Notes under the pieces: model-generated
What the model saw: only the letters and a program-made list of their open reading frames with translations
The model's database searches: none
What the model was told of the DNA's origin: nothing
Program-made: the position numbers and the translations under genes
Shown: positions 20,701 to 33,800 of the stretch, one piece after another
Layout: each line of letters begins with the position of its first letter
How positions within the stretch are numbered: position 1 is the stretch's first letter
Source: the human T2T-CHM13v2.0 reference genome, Homo sapiens
Assembly: GCF_009914755.1 (NCBI RefSeq)
Contig: NC_060948.1
Length of the DNA stretch: 64,000 nucleotides
Reading direction: 5' to 3' (one strand)

Positions 20701-21119
20701 GATATATATAATTATATATATAATTACATTATTATACATATAACTACATAAAGATGTAATTCCATATGTTTTCATTTACAGTATATATAATTATATAATC
20801 ATATATATTTATTTATATTCTAGAAAAAATTATATCTTTATATAAATAATAATATATAAAAATTATTATATGTACTAAAATATATATATTATATATCATA
20901 TATGATATAGTATATTTGTTATATATCATATTACATATAACTATATATTATGTTATCTATAATAATATATTTTCATATATAAGATGTATAATATGTATTA
21001 TATATTATAAATGTTATGTAATATATATAGTATACATAAGATGACACAGGATAAATATTATATACTATGACATATAAAATATATGAGGTTATATGTTACA
21101 TATAAGGCATAGCACATAA

Positions 21120-21434
<315 letters not shown>

Positions 21435-23531
21435 AGATCCATATTTTTTAAATGAAAAAAAATTTCAAAGGTACTCTGCTTGGTACAGTAATCAAATCTA
21501 TAAACTGAGGAATAAAACATAACCGTGAAACATACTTATAACTGCATATGGAAAATACAGAGTATAATTTTTTAAAATAACATATTTTGAAAGCCTTAAC
21601 TAGTAATTTGAAGAGTTTGCATTTGAAAGGCCAGTATGAATATACCTTCAAAGCAGCAACACAGGTTCCAAATGAGAACAATCAAACTCAGGGAAAATAA
21701 AACCACAAATGTTCACTCTGTTCTGACCTTTGAAAAACACAGCACAGACAGTGGCACTTAGGACCAAGAGCAGGAGATCCCTAATCCCGTCACCATGGCG
21801 ATAGGGCATAAACATTGCGGGGTGAGGGCACAATGCACATTGTGAGGTCCAATTGCTGCCAGGAAGACAGGAGTGCTTTTACATAGACCGAAAGGTCATT
21901 GAAGGCTCAGATTTTCGTTTCAAAAACTGAATCCCAAGCCCACACGTTATTATGCTGCGCTTCTTAAAACAAGTTATGAGAAGGGAAATAGGGCACCCAC
22001 AACATACGTATATAGTATGTATATAATAATATACACTATCATATATATAATATATATAACCTATGTATAATATTGTTTTACATCCTGCATCTTATATTAT
22101 ATATATTATATGTAATATAATAATTGATAATATATAAGTTTATATTTATACAATATGACATATAATATATATTATATTTTATGACATATATAATATAGAT
22201 TATATATCATATATAGAATATACTATACGGTTAATATACGTATTAAATATATAATATACATTATATATATTATATCTACGTTATATATAACATTAACTAT
22301 AGATAATATATATATTATATCTATCTTATATATAATATAAAATAACAGATAATTATATATAATTGTATATATAAAATATGACATATAATATATATTATAT
22401 TTTATGACATATATATCATATATATTATATATTATATATAATATGTTGTATGTATAATACATATATTATATATATATTATAAGTCTAAATTATTAATTAT
22501 ATGTAATATATGTTATATATTACATATTTTACATTTCATACACATGTTACATACAATATATACTATGTTACATGTTACCTAGAATTTATTATATATAATA
22601 TAATGTATGTCATATATTATATATACTTTATAGTATGCAATATGTGGAATGTGATATATATAACATGTAATATATGATATATGATATACGATATATGATA
22701 TATAATATACAATATATGATACATTTTATATATGGTATACAATATATATTTTATGATATATATTATATATGTTTTATATTATATTATACATAACCATTTA
22801 ATTATATATAATTCTATAATACTGTAGGTAAATATATAATATAATACATATAACCATATATTATGTTATTTATAATTTTATTACGTACATTCAATAATAT
22901 ATCATAATATAATATATATTATATTATATTATTTTATATTACATAATATATATTATATATCACATAGTATGTGTTACATACATAATATTTAAATATATAT
23001 TACATTGTGATACATTAAATATTATATATATTATGTATGCTATACTGTATAATATATATTATATATTATATAATATGCAGGGTGTCTATTATATGATATA
23101 TATTATAATATATATAATTATATTATACATATAACGATATAAATATGTAATTATATTTAACATTATTTATATTACATATAGTTATATAATCATATATAAT
23201 AATTTATATTATAAAAATAATTATATCATTATATAAATTAGAGTATATATAAATTATAATATGTGATAAATAATATATATTATATATCATATATGATATA
23301 GCATATATGTTATATATCATATTATATATCAATTTACGTTATGATATCTATAATTATATATTTTCATATATAAGATGTATAATATGAATTATATATTATA
23401 TATGTTATTAAATATATACTTTATATAAAATGACACAGGATAAATGTTATATATTATGACATATGATATATATGCGGTTATATATTATATATGAAGCATA
23501 TTACCTAACATATAATATATATCATATATAA

Positions 23532-23823
<292 letters not shown>

Positions 23824-25296
23824 AGATCCATATTTTTTAAATGAAAAAAAATTTCAAAGTTATTCTGCTTGGTACAATAATCAAATATATAAACTGAGGG
23901 TTAAAACATAACCTTGGAACATATTTATAAGTGCATATGGAAAATACAGAGGATAATTTTTTAAATAACATATTTTGAAAGCCTTAACTAGTAATTTGAA
24001 GAGTTGGCATTTGAAAGGCCAGTATGAATATACCTTCAAAGCAGCAACACAGGTTCCCCATGAGAAAAATCAAACTTAGGGAAAATAAAACCACAAAGGT
24101 TCAATCTTTTCTGACCTTTGAAAGACACAGCACAGACAGTGGTCCTTAGGACGAAGAGCAGGAGACCCCTAATTCCGTCACCATGGCGATAGGGCATAAA
24201 CATTGCTGGGTGAGGGCACAATCCACATTGTGAGGTCCAACTGCTGCCAGGAAGACAGGAGTGCTTTTACATAGACCCAAATGTCATTGAAGGCTCAGTG
24301 TTTTGTTTCAAAAACTGAATCCCAAGCCCACACGTTATTATGCTGTGCTTCTTAAAAAAAGTTATGAGATGGGAAATAGGGCACCCACAATTATATCTAT
24401 ACATTATGTATATAATAATATATAGAATCATATATATAATATATGTAACATATATATATAATACTGTTTTACATCCTGCAGTTATATTATATATATTATA
24501 TGTATTATAATAACTGGTAATGTATAAGTATTATATTTATACACTATGACATATAATAATTATATTTTATGCCGTATATAATATATATTATATATCATAT
24601 ACCAAATATATTATATGGTTAATATACGTATTAAATATATAATATACATTATAAATATTATATCTACGTTATATATAACATTCACTATAGTTAATATATA
24701 TATTATATCTAGCTTATATATAATATAAAATAACATATAATAATATATAACTGTATATATAAAATATGACATATAATATATATTATATTTTATGACATAT
24801 ATATGATATGTATTATATATTATATATAATATGTTGTAAGTATAATACATGTATTAAATATATATTATATGTCTATGTTATTAATTATATGTAATATATG
24901 TTACATATTACATATTTGATATAGAATACACATGTTACATAGAATATATTCTATGTTACATATAACGTAGAATTTATTATGTGTAATATAATGTATGGCA
25001 TATATTATAAATTCCTTATAATATACAATATGTGGAATGTGATATATATAACTTGTAATATATGATATATGATATACAATATATGTTATATAACATACAA
25101 TATATGATACATAATATATATGGTATAGAATATATATTTTATGTTATATATTAAATATGTTTTATATTTTATTATATATAAATATTTAAAATTATATATA
25201 ACTGTATAATGTTATACGTAAATATATAATATACTACATATAACCATATATTATGTTATATAAAATTTTATTACCTACTTTCCATAATATATCATA

Positions 25297-28075
25297 TGGA
25301 CTCCTTTGGAATGGTCTAGTATGCAATGCAATCGACTGGCAGGGAATTAAAAGGAATGCAATCGAATGGATTGCACAGGAATGCAATGGACTCGAATAGA
25401 TTGGAAACAGAATGCAAAGGAATGGAATGGAATAGTATGGAATGGAATGGAAAGGAATGGAGTGGAATAGACTAGAGTAGAATGGAATTTACTCGAAAGC
25501 AATGGACTGGAGTAGAACTTTCTTGAATGGGCTGGAATCAAACGGAATGGAATGCTGTGCAATCAAATAGAATGAAAGAGAATCAAATCCAATCGAATGG
25601 ATTGGAAAGGAATTGACTGAAATGGAATGGACTAGAATGGAAGGCAAAGGAATGGAATCTATAGGAATGGACTGTAATGGAATGGAATGGAAGGGATTGG
25701 AATGGAATCGAATGGAATGGACTGCAATAGAAAGGATTCGAATGGAATGAAAAAGAATTGAATGGAATAGAACAGAATGGAATCAAATCGAATGAAATGG
25801 AATGGAATAGAAAGGATTCGAATGGAATGCAATCGAACGGAATGGAATCGAACGGAATGGAATAAAATGGAAGAAAACTGGCAAGAAATGGAATCGAAAT
25901 GAATGGAGTGTTATGGAACGGACTCAAAAGGAATTGAATGTAATAGAATGGAGTGGAGTGGACTCGAATATAATGGACTGGAATGGAATGAAATCACATG
26001 GAATGGGAACGAATGGAATGGAATGGAAAGGAATGGAATCGAATGGAAAGGAATCGAATGGAAGGGAATGCAATTGAATCAACAGGAATGGAAGGGAATA
26101 GAATAGACGGTAATGGAATGGACTCGAATAGAATGGACACGAATGCTCAAATTGAATGGACTCGAATGGAATGGAAACGAAAGGAATGTCATCGAATGTA
26201 ATTGAATTGATTGGAATGAAATCGCATAGAATGGAGTGGAATCAAATGGAATTGAGTCGAAAGGAAAGGAAGCGAATGGACTGAAATGAAATGGAATGGA
26301 ATTGAATGGAAAGTAATGCAATGGAATAGAATGGAACGAAATTTCACGGAATGGAATCAAACTGAATGGAATCAAATCAATGGAATCAAATCAAATGGAA
26401 TGGAAAGGAATTGAATGGAGTAGATGGGATTGGATGGGATTGGAATGAAATGTACTGGAAAGAACTCGAATTTCATGAAACGGAATGGAATGAATTGGAA
26501 CGGAATGGACTCGAATGGAATGGAATGTCATGGAATGGCATCAAATGGAATGGCATCAAATGGAATGGAATCGAATGCTATGGAATGCTATGGAATGGAA
26601 TGGAATGCATTGGAATGGAATGTCCTCTAATGGAATGGATTCGAGTGGAATGGAATCGAATATAATGGAGTCGAATGAAATGGAATTGAAAGGAATGGTA
26701 CCGAATACAATGGAATATACAGGAATGTAATGTAATGAACTCGAATGTAATTGACTGCAATGGAATGTACATGAATGGAATGTAATCGAATGGAAAGTAA
26801 TCCAATGGAATAGAATCTAATGCAATAAAATCGACTCAAATAGAATAGAATGTAATGGAATGGAGTGCAGTGCAATGGAATGGAATGGAATGGAATGCAG
26901 TGGAATGGAATGGAATGGAATGCAATGGAATGGAATGTATTAGAATGTAATGAACATTAATGGAATGTACTCGAATGGATTCGACTGGAATGGAATGTTC
27001 TGGAAGTTTATGGACTCCAATGGAATAGATTCGAAAGGAATGGAATCGAACGGAATGGAATCTAATGGAATGGAATTAAATGGAAATGAATCAAATTGAA
27101 TAGCACGGAATTGAATTGAATGGAATAGAATGCAATGTAATCTAATGAAACAGAAAGGAAAGGAATGGAATGGAATGGAATGGGCTGGAATGGAATGGAA
27201 TCGAAACGAATGGAATGGAATCGAACTAAAGAGACTGGAATGGAATGCACTGGAATGGAAGGGAGTGTAATGGAAGGTTCTCGAAAAAAATGGAATCGAA
27301 TGGAATGGAATTGAATGGAACGGAATAGAGTCGAATGGAATTGAATGGAATGGAATGGACTAGAGTGAAATGGAATCGAACCACAAGGAATGGACAGGAA
27401 TAGAATGGTCTCGAATTGAATGGAATCGTATGGAATGGCATCAAACGGAATGGAATGGACAGCCACGGAATGGAATGCACTCGAATGCAATGGAGTCGAA
27501 ACTAATGGACTGGAATAGAATGGACTCGACTGGTACGGACTCCAATGGAATGGAATCGAATGGAAGGGAATCGAACGGAATGGACTCGAAGGGAAAAGAC
27601 TGCAATGGAAAGGTCTCGAATGGAATGGAAATTAATGGAATGGAATGGAATCGAATGAAGTGGAGTCAAAAGGAATGGAATCGAATGGCAAGAAATCGAA
27701 TGTAATGGAATCGCAAGGAATTGATGTGAACGGAACGGAATGGAATGGAATCCAAAGGAATGGAATAGAATGGAATGGAATCAAATGGAAAGGACTCGAA
27801 TGGAAATCACTCGAATAGAATGCAATTTAATAAAATAGGATCAAATGTAATGGAATGGAATGGAAAGGAATCGAAACGAAAGGAATGGAGACAGATGGAA
27901 TGGAATGGAACAGAGAGCAATGGTATAGAATGGAATGGAATCATCTGGAATGGAATTGAATGGAATGCAATAACATGAAATGGAATGGAATGGAATGGAA
28001 TGCCCTTGAATTAAATGGACTGGAATGGAATGAACTCGAACAGAGTGTAATGGAAAGTGTTGAAATAGAATGGAA
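25297..28075 (+). repeat. Shortened (2779-bp) junction-proximal DYZ1 unit
   Basis: Marker gactggcagggaat recurs at 25334 and 28113 (2779 bp), versus 3514-3559 bp for later units. A ~680-bp internal block is absent near 26875-26940. Confidence 0.88.
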
Positions 28076-28292
28076 TGGACTCGTTTGGAATGGTCTAGTA
28101 TGCAATGCAATCGACTGGCAGGGAATCAAAAGGAATGTAATCGAATGGATTGGACTGGAATGCAATGGACTCGAATAGATTGGAAACGGAATGCAAAGGA
28201 ATGGAATGGAATAGTATGGAATGGAATGGAAAGGAATGGAGTGGAATAGACTAGAGTGGAATGGAATGGACTCAAAAGCAATGGACTGGAAT

Positions 28293-28307
28293 GGAACTTT
28301 CTTGAAT
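28293..28307. promoter_or_regulatory. Consensus heat-shock element nGAAnnTTCnnGAAn, site A (representative copy; one per DYZ1 unit)
   Basis: gGAAc-tTTCt-tGAAt. Also at 25514, 31851, 35410, 38949, 42463, 46012, 49526, 53075, 56624, 60173; broken at 63692 (tTCCt). The motif match is exact; function is not shown. Confidence 0.5.
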
Positions 28308-30534
28308 GGACTGGAATCAAACGGAATGGAATGCAATGCAATCAAATGGCATGGAATAAAATAGAATGAAAGAGAATCAAATGGAATTGAATGGAATGGA
28401 ATCGAATGGATTGGAAAGGAATAGAATGGAATGGAATGGAATTGACTCAAATGGAATGGACTAGAATGGAATGGATTCGAATGGAAGGCAAAGGAATGGA
28501 ATCTATTGGAATGGACTGTAATGGAATGGAATGGAAGGGATTGGAATGGACTCGAATTGAATGGACTGCAATAGAAAGGATTCGAATGGAATGAAAAAGA
28601 ATGGAATGGAATAGAACAGAATGGAATCCAATCGAATGAAATGGAATGGAATAGAAAGGAATGGAATGAAATGGAATGGAAAGGATTCGAATGGAATGCA
28701 ATCGAATGGAATGGAATCGAACGGAATGGAATAAAATGGAAGAAAACTGGCAAGAAATGGAATCGAAATGAATGGAGTGTTATGGAACGGACTCAAAAGG
28801 AATTGAATGTAATAGAAATGAGTGGAGTGGACTCGAATATAATGGACTGGAATGGAATGAAATCACATGGAATGGGAACGAATGGAATGGAATGGAAAGG
28901 AATGGAATCGAATGGAAAGGAATGGAATGGAAGGGAATGAAACTGAATCAACAGGAATGGAAGGGAGTAGAATAGACGGTAATGGAATGGACTCGAATAG
29001 AATTGACACGAATGTACAAATTGAATGGACTCGAATGGAATGGAAACGAAAGGAATGTCATAGAATGGAATTGAATCGATTGGAATGAAATCGCATAGAA
29101 TGGAGTGGAATCAAATGGAATTGAATCGAAAGGAAAGGAAGAGAATGGACTGAAATGGAATGGAATGGAATGGAAAGTAATGCAATGGAATAGAATGGAA
29201 CGAAATTTCACGGAATGGAATCAAACTGAATGGAATCAAATCAATGGAATATAATCAAATGGAATGGAAAGGAATTGAATGGAGTAGATTGGATTGGATG
29301 GGACTGGAATGAAATGGAATGGAAAGGACTCGAATTTCATGAAAAGGAATGGAATGAATTGGAACGGAATGGACTCGAATGGAATGGAATGTCATGGAAT
29401 TGCATCAAATGGAATGGCATCAAAGGGAATGGAATCGAATGCAATGGAATGCTATGGAATGGAATGGAATGCATTGGAATGGAATGTCCTCTAATGGAAT
29501 GGATTCGAGTGGAATGGAATCGAATATAATGGAGTCGAATGAAATGGAATTGAAAGGAATGGGATCGAATACAATGGAATATACTGGAATGTAACGTAAT
29601 GAACTCGAATGTAATTGACTGGAATGGAATGTACACGAATGGAATGTAATCGAATGGAAAGTAATCCAATGGAATAGAATCTAATGCAATAAAATCGACT
29701 CAAATAGAATAGAATGCAATGGAATGGAGTGCAGTGCAATGGAATGGGATGGAATGGAATGCAATGGAATGGAATGGAATGGAATGGAATGCAATGGGAT
29801 GGAATGGTATGGAATGGATAGTAATGGACTGGAGTGAAATGGACTGGAAAGGAATGGACTCAAATTGAAAGGTCTCGAAAGGAATGGAGTCAAATGGAAT
29901 GGTCTGGAATGGAATGAACACGAATGTAATCAATCCAATAGAATGGAATCGAATGGCATGGAATATAAAGAAATGGAATCGAAGAGAATGGAAACAAATG
30001 GAATGGAATTGAATGGAATGGAATTGAATGGAATGGGAACGAATGGAGTGAAATTGTATGCAGTAGAAGAGAATAGAATGGAATGCAAGCGAAAGGAAAG
30101 GAATGGATTGGAATGGAATGGAATTCATTGGAATGGAAGGGAATGTAGTGTAATGGACAGGCCTGGAATAAAGTGGAATGCTACGGTCTCGAATGGAATA
30201 AAAATGTATGGAATGGAATGCAATGAAACGGAATCGAATGTCATAGAATGTAATGGAAAGCAAAAAAATGGAATCCAAAATCATTGACTGGAAAGGCTGG
30301 GTGTCGAAAGGAATTGACTCCAATGGAATGGAATCGAATGGAATGGAAGTGAATAGAATCGAACTAAATCGAATGGAATGGAATTGATAGGAACGGAATG
30401 GAAAGGAATGCAATGATTTGGCATGGAATGGAATCGAATGGCATCGAATGGAATGGAATGGAATGCAATGGAATGGAATATATTAGAATGTAATGAACTT
30501 TAATGGAATGTACTCGAATGGATTCGACTGGAAT

Positions 30535-30549
30535 GGAATGTTCTGGAAG
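30535..30549. promoter_or_regulatory. Consensus heat-shock element, site B (representative copy)
   Basis: gGAAt-gTTCt-gGAAg. Also at 26992 and in each later unit (variant cGAAg at 58862 still matches). The motif match is exact; function is not shown. Confidence 0.5.
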
Positions 30550-30814
30550 TGAATGGACTCCAATGGAATGGATTCGAAAGGAATGGAATCGTACGGAATG
30601 GAATCTAATGGAATGGAATTAAATGGAAATGAATCAAATTGAATAGCACGGAATTGAATTGAATGGAATGGAATGCAATGGAATCTAATGAAACGGAAAG
30701 GAAAGGAATGGAATGGAATGGAATGGGCTGGAATGGAAAGGAATCGAAACGAATGGAATGGAATCGAACTGAAGAGACTGGAATGGAATGCACTGGAATG
30801 GAAGGGAGTGTAAT

Positions 30815-30829
30815 GGAAGGTTCTCGAAA
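30815..30829. promoter_or_regulatory. Consensus heat-shock element, site C (representative copy)
   Basis: gGAAg-gTTCt-cGAAa. Also at 27272 and in later units; broken at 59132 (gTCCt). The motif match is exact; function is not shown. Confidence 0.5.
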
Positions 30830-33800
30830 AAAATGGAATCGAATGGAATGGAATTGAATGGAACGGAATAGAGTCGAATGGAATTGAATGGAATGGAATG
30901 GACTAGAGTGAAATGGAATCGAACCACAAGGAATGGACAGGAATAGAATGGTCTCGAATTGAATGGAATCGTATGGAATGGCATCAAACGGAATGGAATG
31001 GACAGCCACGGAATGGAATGCACTCGAATGCAATGGAGTCGAAACTAATGGACTGGAATAGAATGGACTCGACTGGTACGGACTCCAATGGAATGGAATC
31101 GAATGGAAGGGAATGGAACGGAAGGGAATCGAACGGAATGGACTCGAAGGGAAAAGACTGCAATGGAAAGGTCTCGAATGGAATGGAAATTAATGGAATG
31201 GAATGGAATCGAATGAAATGGAGTCAAAAGGAATGGAATCGAATGGCAAGAAATCGAATGTAATGGAATCGCAAGGAATTGATGTGAACGGAACGGAATG
31301 GAATGGAATCCAAAGGAATGGAATAGAATGGAATGGAATCGAATGGAAAGGACTCGAATGGAAATCACTCGAATAGAATGCAATTTAATAAAATAGGATC
31401 AAATGTAATGGAATGGAATGGAAAGGAATCGAAACGAAAGGAATGGAGACAGATGGAATGGAATGGAACAGAGAACAATGGTATAGAATGGAATGGAATC
31501 ATCTGGAATGGAATTGAATGGAATGGAATAACATGAAATGGAATGGAATGGAATGGAATGCCCTTGAATTAAATGGACTGGAATGGAATGGACTCGAACA
31601 GAGTGGAATGGAAAGTGTTGAGATAGAATGGAACGGACTCCTTTGGAATGGTGTAGTATGCAATGCAATCGACTGGCAGGGAATCAAAAGGAATGTAATC
31701 GAATGGATTGGACTGGAATGCAATGGATTCGAATAGATTGGAAACGGAATGCAAAGGAATGGAATGGAATAGTATGGAATGGAATGGAAAGGAATGGAGT
31801 GGAATAGACTAGAGTGGAATGGAATGAACTGGAAAGCAATGGACTGGAATGGAACTTTCTTGAATGGACTGGAATCAAACGGAATGGAATGCAATGCAAT
31901 CAAATGGCATGGAATAAAATAGAATGAAAGAGAATCAAACGGAATTGAATCGAATGGAATCGAATGGATTGGAAAGGAATAGAATGGAATGGAATGGAAT
32001 TGACTCAAATGGAATGGACTAGAATGGAATGGATTCGAATGGAAGGCAAAGGAACGGAATCTATTGGAATGGACTGTAATGGAATGGAATGGAAGGGATT
32101 GGAATGGACTCGAATTGAATGGACTGCAATAGAAAGGATTCGAATGGAATGAAAAAGAATTGAATGGAATAGAACAGAATGGAATCAAATCGAATGAAAT
32201 GGAATGGAATAGAAAGGAATGGAATGAAATGGAATGGAAAGGATTCGAATGGAATGCAATCGAATGGAATGGAATCGAACGGAATGGAATAAAATGGAAG
32301 AAAACTGGCAAGAAATGGAATCGAAATGAATGGAGTGTTATGGAACGGACTCAAAAGGAATTGAATGTAATAGAAATGAGTGGAGTGGACTCGAATATAA
32401 TGGACTGGAATGGAATGAAATCACATGGAATGGGAACGAATGGAATGGAATGGAAAGGAATGGAATCGAATGGAAAGGAATGGAATGGAAGGGAATGAAA
32501 CTGAATCAACAGGAATGGAAGGGAGTAGAATAGACGGTAATGGAATGGACTCGAATAGAATTGACACGAATGTACAAATTGAATGGACTCGAATGGAATG
32601 GAAACGAAAGGAATGTCATAGAATGGAATTGAATCGATTGGAATGAAATCGCATAGAATGGAGTGGAATCAAATGGAATTGAATCGAAAGGAAAGGAAGA
32701 GAATGGACTGAAATGGAATGGAATGGAATGGAAAGTAATGCAATGGAATAGAATGGAACGAAATTTCACGGAATGGAATCAAACTGAATGGAATCAAATC
32801 AATGGAATATAATCAAATGGAATGGAAAGGAATTGAATGGAGTAGATTGGATTGGATGGGATTGGAATGAAATGGAATGGAAAGGACTCGAATTTCATGA
32901 AAAGGAATGGAATGAATTGGAACGGAATGGACTCGAATGGAATGGAATGTCATGGAATTGCATCAAATGGAATGGCATCAAAGGGAATGGAATCGAATGC
33001 AATGGAATGCTATGGAATGGAATGGAATGCATTGGAATGGAATGTCCTCTAATGGAATGGATTCGAGTGGAATGGAATCGAATATAATGGAGTCGAATGA
33101 AATGGAATTGAAAGGAATGGGATCGAATACAATGGAATATACTGGAATGTAACGTAATGAACTCGAATGTAATTGACTGGAATGGAATGTACACGAATGG
33201 AATGTAATCGAATGGAAAGTAATCCAATGGAATAGAATCTAATGCAATAAAATCGACTCAAATAGAATAGAATGCAATGGAATGGAGTGCAGTGCAATGG
33301 AATGGGATGGAATGGAATGCAATGGAATGGAATGGAATGGAATGGAATGCAATGGGATGGAATGGTATGGAATGGATAGTAATGGACTGGAGTGAAATGG
33401 ACTGGAAAGGAATGGACTCAAATTGAAAGGTCTCGAAAGGAATGGAGTCAAATGGAATGGTCTGGAATGGAATGAACACGAATGTAATGCAATCCAATAG
33501 AATGGAATCGAATGGCATGGAATATAAAGAAATGGAATCGAAGAGAATGGAAACAAATGGAATGGAATTGAATGGAATGGAATTGAATGGAATGGGAACG
33601 AATGGAGTGAAATTGTATGCAGTAGAAGAGAATAGAATGGAATGCAAGCGAAAGGAAAGGAATGGATTGGAATGGAATGGAATTCATTGGAATGGAAGGG
33701 AATGTAGTGTAATGGACAGGCCTGGAATAAAGTGGAATGCTACGGTCTCGAATGGAATAAAAATGTATGGAATGGAATGCAATGAAACGGAATCGAATGT

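Noticed and set aside
29201-29215. Fourth candidate heat-shock element (cGAAa-tTTCa-cGGAa)
   Set aside because: The third pentamer mismatches (GGA) and the site is out of register with the array, so it was not counted as a canonical HSE.
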